Positions 57,905 to 64,000 of a stretch of DNA of 64,000 bases are shown one piece after another. Both the position numbers and the translations under genes were made by a program. How positions within the stretch are numbered: position 1 is the stretch's first letter; every line of letters starts with the position of its first letter. This DNA is from Candidatus Latescibacterota bacterium (GTDB lineage Bacteria; Latescibacterota; UBA2968; UBA8231): contig CBDETY010000003.1 of assembly GCA_965243025.1 (NCBI GenBank), positions 2,304,001-2,368,000 of the forward strand. The letters run 5' to 3'. The notes beneath the pieces were generated by a model. It searched no databases. It was not told where the DNA came from and saw only the letters and a list, made by a program, of their open reading frames with translations.

Positions 57905-58951
57905 GTGAAGACCGCCGTACTGCTCTCGGGAGGAGTCGACAGCTCCGTCGCCCTGCGCCTGCTCGTGGAGGAGGGGAAGCACGACCTGCGCGCCTGCTAC
58001 CTGAAGGTCTGGCTCGAGGACGACGCGGTGCTCGCCGGCGGCTGCCCCTGGGAGGAGGACGTCCGCTACGCCCGCGCCGTCTGCGAGCAGCTCGGCGTCC
58101 CCCTCGAGATCGTGCCCCTCCAGGCGGAGTACCTCGAACGCGTTGTCGGCCACGCCCTCGGCGAGCTGAAGGCCGGGCGCACCCCGAGCCCGGACATCCT
58201 CTGCAACCAGCGCATCAAGTTCGGGGCCTTCCTCGAGCGGGTGGGAGACTGCGGCGCGGTCGCCTCCGGGCATTACGCGCGCCTCGGCCGGGAGAACGGC
58301 CGGACCGTCCTGCTGCGCGCCGCCGACCCGGTCAAGGACCAGACCTACTTCCTGTCGAACCTCCGCCAGAACCAAGTGCAGCGACTGCTCTTCCCGATAG
58401 GCCACCTCCAGAAACAGGAAGTCCGGGAACTGGCCGCCCGGTTCGGACTGCCTACGAAGGACCGCAAGGACAGCCAGGGTATCTGCTTCCTCGGCAAGAT
58501 CGACTACCGCGAATTCGTCGCCCGCCGCCTCGGGGAAAGGGAGGGAGCCATCCTCGAGAAGGGGAGCGGCCGCGAGCTGGGCAGGCACCGGGGATTCTGG
58601 TTCTACACCATCGGCCAGCGCTTCGGCCTCGGCCTCGGGGGCGGCCCGTGGTACGTCGTCGCCAAGGACCTCGAGCGCAACCTCGTGTACGTCGCCCACC
58701 GCGACGCCGCCGAAACCCGCCAGCGCCGGCAGTTCCGCGTCGAGCGCCTCAACTGGATTTCCGGGCCGCCGCAGGGGACCGACCTGCAGTGCAAGCTGCG
58801 CCACGGCCCCGGGACGACCGGCTGCCGCATAGATCCCGGGGGCGAGCCGATCGCGGTGACCCTTCAGCGTCCCGACCCGGGGATCGCCAGCGGCCAGCAC
58901 GCCGTGTTCTACGACGGCGAGCGCTGCCTCGGCGGCGGGGTCATCATCTAG
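57905..58951 (+). CDS. mnmA: tRNA 2-thiouridine(34) synthase
   Basis: SGGVDS, TPSPDILCN, GHYA, KDQTYFL, DSQGICF, YTIGQR. Confidence 0.96.
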   Translation: MKTAVLLSGGVDSSVALRLLVEEGKHDLRACYLKVWLEDDAVLAGGCPWEEDVRYARAVCEQLGVPLEIVPLQAEYLERVVGHALGELKAGRTPSPDILCNQRIKFGAFLERVGDCGAVASGHYARLGRENGRTVLLRAADPVKDQTYFLSNLRQNQVQRLLFPIGHLQKQEVRELAARFGLPTKDRKDSQGICFLGKIDYREFVARRLGEREGAILEKGSGRELGRHRGFWFYTIGQRFGLGLGGGPWYVVAKDLERNLVYVAHRDAAETRQRRQFRVERLNWISGPPQGTDLQCKLRHGPGTTGCRIDPGGEPIAVTLQRPDPGIASGQHAVFYDGERCLGGGVII

Positions 58952-58960
58952 TGCAGAAAC

Positions 58961-59749
58961 GTGACTGAGCCCCATCCCAAACTCCTCGAGCTGCTAGAGG
59001 GGGCTTCCGACATCCTCGTCTTCACCGGCGCCGGAATCTCGACGGTGAGCGGCATCTCGGATTTCCGCGGCCCCCGGGGGGTCTGGAAGACGCGCCGGCC
59101 GGTGTACTACCAGGACTTCATGACCTCGGAACGGGCGCGGGTCGAGGCGTGGGAGTTCAAGCTCGAGAGCTGGGAGCAGTTCCGCGACGCCAGGCCGACC
59201 CCGACCCACGAGGCGATCGTCGAGCTCGAGCGCGCCGGCAAGCTGCTGATGGTGGTGACCCAGAACATCGACGGGCTGCACGGCAAGGCAGGCACCTCCC
59301 GCGGCAAGCTGATCGAGATCCACGGGACCAACTCCGAGATCGAGTGCCAGACCTGCGGCGAACGCTCCGATCCGGAGCCTCACTTCGACCTCTTCAGGGA
59401 AACCGGCCGTCCTCCGCCCTGTCCCTGCGGCGGTTTCCTGAAGTCGGCGACGATCAGCTTCGGCCAGGACCTGGTCGCAGCCGACCTGCGGCGGGCCGCG
59501 GAGATGGCGGCCAGGACCGATCTCGCAGTCGCCCTCGGATCGACCCTGGGAGTGTACCCCGCCGCTTCCATTCCCCTGATGGCCGCCGAACGCGGGGCGC
59601 CCTACGTTATCGTCAATCGCGGCGAGACCGATCAGGACGCGCACCCGGGGGTAACCCTGCGGCTCGAGGGCAGCGTCGACGAGCTGTTCGCGCCTGCGTG
59701 CCGCGAGGCGTGCCGGCAACCCCGGCAGACCGACCGGAAATCGAAATGA
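58961..59749 (+). CDS. Sir2-family NAD-dependent deacylase (CobB-like)
   Basis: TGAGIS..GISDFRG, TQNIDGLH, IHG, Cys zinc ribbon. Confidence 0.93.
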   Translation: MTEPHPKLLELLEGASDILVFTGAGISTVSGISDFRGPRGVWKTRRPVYYQDFMTSERARVEAWEFKLESWEQFRDARPTPTHEAIVELERAGKLLMVVTQNIDGLHGKAGTSRGKLIEIHGTNSEIECQTCGERSDPEPHFDLFRETGRPPPCPCGGFLKSATISFGQDLVAADLRRAAEMAARTDLAVALGSTLGVYPAASIPLMAAERGAPYVIVNRGETDQDAHPGVTLRLEGSVDELFAPACREACRQPRQTDRKSK

Positions 59750-60510
59750 CCGAACCCGACCTGAAGTCCCTGACCCGGATCCAGCTGGACCAGTTCCACC
59801 AGAAAGGCTTCCTGGTGGCCGGTCCCCTGCTGGAGGAAGGGGAAGTGCGCGAGCTGAGGGAGGAGTACGACCGCCTGTTCGCCGAGGCCCGCGAGACCGC
59901 GAGGATGCGCAACCTCTCCAGCGCCGACGGAGAGGCGACCACCGGGGCGGACGAGGAGATGCTGCAGATCATGCAGATGTGCGAGCGCAGCATCCTCTAC
60001 CGCCGGCTCCTGTACGACGACCGCCTCCTCGACATCGCCGAAGACCTGATCGGCCCCAACCTGCAGCTGTTTCACGACCAGGCCCTGTACAAGCCTCCCC
60101 GCCACGGCGGCCCCATCCACTGGCACCAGGACAACGGCTACTGGAAGTGCCTGCCGGCGAACCTCGTCAGCTGCTGGCTGACCCTCGACGACGTCGACGT
60201 CCACAACGGCGCCATGCACCTGATCCCCGGATCGCACCTGCGGCCGGAACGGCACGAGCGCCAGGAGGGGACGCCGCTGTTCGACCTCGGCGGCCAGGTC
60301 GACGCGGAGCGGGCCGAGGTGGTCGAGCTGCCGGCGGGAGGGGTGATGTTCCACCACTGCCAGGCCCTGCACCACACCCCGCGCAACAGAACCGACCGCG
60401 AGCGCCGCGCCTTCGCCATTCACTACATGAACCCGGGAACCCGCTCCCTCAGGGACGGCGAGTACATGCCGGTGAGCTTCTCGCGGCCGCTGCTCAGGAG
60501 CCGCATGTAG
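59746..60510 (+). CDS. PhyH-family dioxygenase
   Basis: KPP..WHQDN, IPGSH, LHHT..N..RR. Confidence 0.9.
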   Translation: MTEPDLKSLTRIQLDQFHQKGFLVAGPLLEEGEVRELREEYDRLFAEARETARMRNLSSADGEATTGADEEMLQIMQMCERSILYRRLLYDDRLLDIAEDLIGPNLQLFHDQALYKPPRHGGPIHWHQDNGYWKCLPANLVSCWLTLDDVDVHNGAMHLIPGSHLRPERHERQEGTPLFDLGGQVDAERAEVVELPAGGVMFHHCQALHHTPRNRTDRERRAFAIHYMNPGTRSLRDGEYMPVSFSRPLLRSRM

Positions 60511-60521
60511 AGGGGGACGGC

Positions 60522-61019
60522 ATGAAACAGTACCACTCCCGCATGGACTTCCTGACCGTCCTGATCAACCTGCTGGCGGTCTTCATCATCGACGCGGCGG
60601 CCCTGTTCGCCTCGTCGAAGGCGCTGGTGCGGGAAACCGGGCTCACCTCGTTCGGCCTCTTCATCGGGGCGGTCGCCGCGCCGGTCGCCCTGCTGCTCTT
60701 CTTCTTCCCGGTGCGCTACTTCCTCGGCGATTCCCAGCTCGTCGTCCGCAGCGGTATCCTGCGCTGGCGCATCCCGGTCGAGAACATCCTCCGCGCCGTG
60801 CGCCTGCGCAGCATCGTTCCGTCTCCGGCGCTGTCGCTGGAACGGATCCGCGTCGACTACTCGAAGGGGAGCCGCGTCCGGCGGATCTTCCTGTCGCCGG
60901 CGGACCGCACCGGGTTCCTCAACGACCTCGCCATGCTCGACCGCGGGCTCCACCACGACCAGAACGGCCTCGTGAGACTGGCAGGCAGGATCATGCCGCT
61001 CCAGGGCCGGGCCCGCTGA
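60522..61019 (+). CDS. Bacterial PH-domain membrane protein
   Basis: Two TM helices, SPALSLERI, LSPAD motif. Confidence 0.7.
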   Translation: MKQYHSRMDFLTVLINLLAVFIIDAAALFASSKALVRETGLTSFGLFIGAVAAPVALLLFFFPVRYFLGDSQLVVRSGILRWRIPVENILRAVRLRSIVPSPALSLERIRVDYSKGSRVRRIFLSPADRTGFLNDLAMLDRGLHHDQNGLVRLAGRIMPLQGRAR

Positions 61020-61034
61020 ACCCCGCCTGTTCCC

Positions 61035-61871
61035 CTACCCGGGCAGCTGCGCCCAGGCGGTCACGTGAACCGGCAGGGCGAGCGGGCATTTCGACGCCGC
61101 CACTTCCCGACGCACCCGGTCCGCCAGGGTGTCGACATCGACCTCCTCCGCGGTGGCGATCCCGAACTGCACGAGGAGCGGCAGCAGGCTGCCGAAACTG
61201 GCCGCGGCGTACGGAAACCCGGCCCAGCTCTCCGGACCCCCGACCGGGGCTTCGAAATGCATGAACGGCGCCGGCAGGCCGGCATCGACGAAGGTGCGGT
61301 ACAGGTCGAACCCCATGCCGACATGCGCCCCGGAACGCTCGAACACCTCGATAACCCAGTCGATCAGCTTGTTGGCCACGGGGGTCTCGGGACGATGCAT
61401 GCTCCGGTAGATGTTGAAGTCCGCCTCCTGGAAGGCGGCGACCCCGCCCGGGCGCACGCGGGCGGCGAGCTGTTTCAGGGCCTCGGCCGGATCGGCCATG
61501 TACATCAGGACCAGGCGGCCGATCAGGGCGTCGAAGCCGTCCCCGAGATCGAGGGTGCGGGCGTCCCCGGCGATGAACTCGACGTTCTCCAATCCGGCTG
61601 CACCCGCCCGCTCCCGGGCCGTCTCGAGGATTCCCGGGTTGACGTCGACGCCGACGACCGAGCCTTGCGGGCCGACCAGGTCCGCGGCCGCAGTCGCCAC
61701 CTCCCCGGTGCCGCTGCCGACGTCGAGCACCCTCATGCCGCTGCGCAGGCCCGCCTCCCTGAGAAAGCGCCGGGTCACGGCGTCGTAGAGCTGGGACTGC
61801 TGAATCAGGCGATCCTCCTCCTCCTTGCTGCGTCCCATCGTATATATCGCATCGTTTTTCGACTCGCTCAT
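61035..61871 (-). CDS. Class I SAM-dependent methyltransferase
   Basis: RVLDVGSGTG, VGVD, RLVLMY, RPGG. Confidence 0.9.
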   Translation of the reverse strand: MSESKNDAIYTMGRSKEEEDRLIQQSQLYDAVTRRFLREAGLRSGMRVLDVGSGTGEVATAAADLVGPQGSVVGVDVNPGILETARERAGAAGLENVEFIAGDARTLDLGDGFDALIGRLVLMYMADPAEALKQLAARVRPGGVAAFQEADFNIYRSMHRPETPVANKLIDWVIEVFERSGAHVGMGFDLYRTFVDAGLPAPFMHFEAPVGGPESWAGFPYAAASFGSLLPLLVQFGIATAEEVDVDTLADRVRREVAASKCPLALPVHVTAWAQLPG

Positions 61872-62101
61872 CGGCTCGATCCTTCTCCTTTTTCCGGCGG
61901 TATTCCGCAGTTGGTGGGTACGGTGAGCGGCTTGGCTGTCCAAGGAATGATCGGGCAGGATCAGCAGCCAGCGGCTCCCGGGAATGGTCCGGTATTGTTA
62001 CTATCCCGCGGCCGGGAGTCAAACCCCTCGGCTCCCCCGGAAGCGTCTCGCTCACGCCTCGAACCGGATACCGGATGCGGCACCACTTCAGGAGATGATG
62101 C

Positions 62102-62578
62102 GTGACCGGCGCGAAGATCGACAGCGTTACCATTAGTCTCGAAGACCCCGCATGGCTGAAGTGGACCCTTCTCCTGTCCGTTCTGGCCTGGGCTGTTGTT
62201 TCCGTCCTCCAGTACGCTACGGGACAGCACCCGGTGCTGTGGCTTCTCACCACCGCCCTCTCGCTGCTGAGCATTCTCTTCGGTATGCTGCGCCGTGTGA
62301 AGTCGGGGCAGGGGATGTCGGACGCCTATCTCCGCGTCGACCCGGAGGGGATCCGGATCAAGCGGCTTCTGTCCCGGCCCCGGCGCTTCCCCTGGGAGCA
62401 GGTGCAGCGGGTGTGGCTGCGAGATGTCGTCGTCGAGGTGAACCTGCGGGGAGGCCGGCGCGAGCGCTGCCTGCTCAACCCCCGGCTGCACGCGGCTGCA
62501 CGCATGGAGGAGCTGCGCGACCTGCTCGGGCGGTACCGGGACCGCCACGAGTTCCCGCTGGCTGTGGATGAGGTTTGA
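62102..62578 (+). CDS. Hypothetical two-TM protein with PH-like C-terminus
   Basis: Two TM helices, LRVDPEGIRI..FPWEQV; AGGAG RBS. Confidence 0.55.
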   Translation: MTGAKIDSVTISLEDPAWLKWTLLLSVLAWAVVSVLQYATGQHPVLWLLTTALSLLSILFGMLRRVKSGQGMSDAYLRVDPEGIRIKRLLSRPRRFPWEQVQRVWLRDVVVEVNLRGGRRERCLLNPRLHAAARMEELRDLLGRYRDRHEFPLAVDEV

Positions 62579-62891
62579 AGCCGGGAGCGGAGGCGCCCGG
62601 TCGACGGGCGGCTGGGTCAGCGGCCGACAGCATCCGCTGCGATACCGCCGACAGCACCGACCTGATTTGTTGCCGGAGGCTGCCGGTGGGAGAAACTGCC
62701 TGGATGGCTGGCCTTCTTCGATGAAACCAAGGACCGGCCGCCGGGGTATGCGACACCAGACACCAGTTTAAAACAAGGACACCGGGAAACTTTGGTCCCC
62801 GGAGTTTCAATCCCGTCTTTGCCATCTCCAGGGACTTTCCCGAAAGGCGGGACCACATCGAGACTTTCAACCTGTTCTCCGGCTGAAAGTT

Positions 62892-64000
62892 TCACGACCT
62901 GCCCCTTATTCGAGTCCGGTAAATGTCCAAGGCTCTATTGCGCGCCAGGACATGGTCTATAATGGGACCCGGATAGTCCCTTCCCAGTCGGACACCCGCT
63001 TCGGCGAGGGCTGTCGGGGGAACCTCCCAGGGAGCGTGGATCAGCCCGTCCGGCAACCGCCGCAGCTCCGGGAGCCAGGTCCTCAGGTACCGTCCAGAGG
63101 CATCGAAACGCCGCGATTGAGCGACGGGGTTGAAGATCCGGAAGTAGGGTGCCGCATCCGCCCCGCAGCCGGCGGTCCATTGCCAGCCGGCGCTGTTGTT
63201 TGCCCAGTCGGCGTCGACCAGGGTGTCCCAGAACCAGTCCGCTCCGAGGCGCCAGTCGATCAGCAGGTGCTTGGTCAGGAAGGAGGCGGCGACCATGCGC
63301 ACCCGGTTGTGCATCCAGCCCCTCGCCCAGAGCTCGCGCATGCCGGCGTCCACCAGCGGGTAGCCGGTCAGGCCGCGCTGCCAGCGCCGCAGTCCATCCG
63401 CATCCTCCCGCCACGGCATGCGGTCGAACTCCTGCCGCAGGTTGGCTGTCCCCATGTCGGGGTTGTGGTACAGCAGGTGGTGGCTGAACTCGCGCCAGCC
63501 GAGCTCGCGCAGAAAGCTGTCCCTGCCGGGTCCTGGCTCGAGGGCGGCGAGCGCCGCGGCGACCTGGCGCGGACCGATCTCGCCGAAATGCAGGTGCGGG
63601 GACAGCCTGCTGGTTCCCGGGTCCCCCGGGTGCTCCCGGTCTTCGCGGTACCTGGCGACCCGGTCCTGCAGAAAGCGGTCGAACCTCTGGCGCGCGCCCG
63701 ATTCCCCCGGCTGCCAAACCTCGCGGAAACCCGCGGCCCAATCCGGGTTTTTGCACCGCAGGCCCCAGGATTCGAGGGATTCGCTGGCGGGCCACGAGGC
63801 CGGAGCTGCAAGTGAGGTCACGGGGCCTGCCGGATCTTCGAAACCCCGTTTCAGGCACTGGCGCCAGAAAGGGGTGAACACCCGGTAGGGGGAACCGCTG
63901 CCGGTACGGACCTCCCAGGGCTCGAACAGCAGGGAGGCATTGAAGGAACGGGGCTCCACTCCCGACTCCCTGCATTTCGCCTCGACTTCGATGTCGCGCC
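62892..64000 (-). CDS. phrB: Deoxyribodipyrimidine photolyase (5' end outside window)
   Basis: SRLSPHLHFGEI, TGYPLVDAGMREL, WMHNRVRM, WQWTAGCGADAAPYFRIFNP. Confidence 0.93.
   Translation of the reverse strand, partial: RDIEVEAKCRESGVEPRSFNASLLFEPWEVRTGSGSPYRVFTPFWRQCLKRGFEDPAGPVTSLAAPASWPASESLESWGLRCKNPDWAAGFREVWQPGESGARQRFDRFLQDRVARYREDREHPGDPGTSRLSPHLHFGEIGPRQVAAALAALEPGPGRDSFLRELGWREFSHHLLYHNPDMGTANLRQEFDRMPWREDADGLRRWQRGLTGYPLVDAGMRELWARGWMHNRVRMVAASFLTKHLLIDWRLGADWFWDTLVDADWANNSAGWQWTAGCGADAAPYFRIFNPVAQSRRFDASGRYLRTWLPELRRLPDGLIHAPWEVPPTALAEAGVRLGRDYPGPIIDHVLARNRALDIYRTRIRGRS

Noticed and set aside
62804-62814. GTTTCAATCCC resembling the start of a CRISPR repeat
   Set aside because: Single occurrence, no repeat-spacer periodicity and no cas genes.

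Overview
High-GC bacterial chromosomal window. The features suggest a Latescibacterota/Poribacteria-like marine or sponge-associated FCB-group organism (inference): a C-terminal TAV..SW..IK motif, a TPNGDG/FlgD-type tail, and expanded PhyH, NHL and Gfo/Idh families. Most of the window is catabolic: GH32/130-like, GH33, GH36, GH127 and GH95 glycosidases, aminotransferases, oxidoreductases, four PhyH dioxygenases and two MFS transporters. It also holds housekeeping genes (folD, serS, mnmA, a sirtuin, a photolyase), an MrpA-less Mrp Na+/H+ antiporter operon and an AbiEii-type toxin-antitoxin pair. The best candidate for an undescribed system is a minus-strand locus at about 21.0-30.1 kb. In transcription order it encodes a cytoplasmic PAS histidine kinase and NarL-type regulator, tandem 21-bp palindromic boxes, a small membrane-targeted peptide with a 7-Cys C-terminal core, a strong hairpin, three tandem low-GC secreted CBM9/DOMON-like paralogs plus a fourth truncated copy, a TlpA lipoprotein, and a lipoprotein fusing an HExxH-less M61-like domain, a CGC-motif metallophosphoesterase-like domain and a tetraheme cytochrome c; it ends in a relic response-regulator fragment. 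A second lower-GC island at about 41.4-45.6 kb carries a xenologous NHL gene copy and a GH95. No rRNA, tRNA, CRISPR array or intact transposase was recognised. All family calls come from motifs read by eye, not from database searches.
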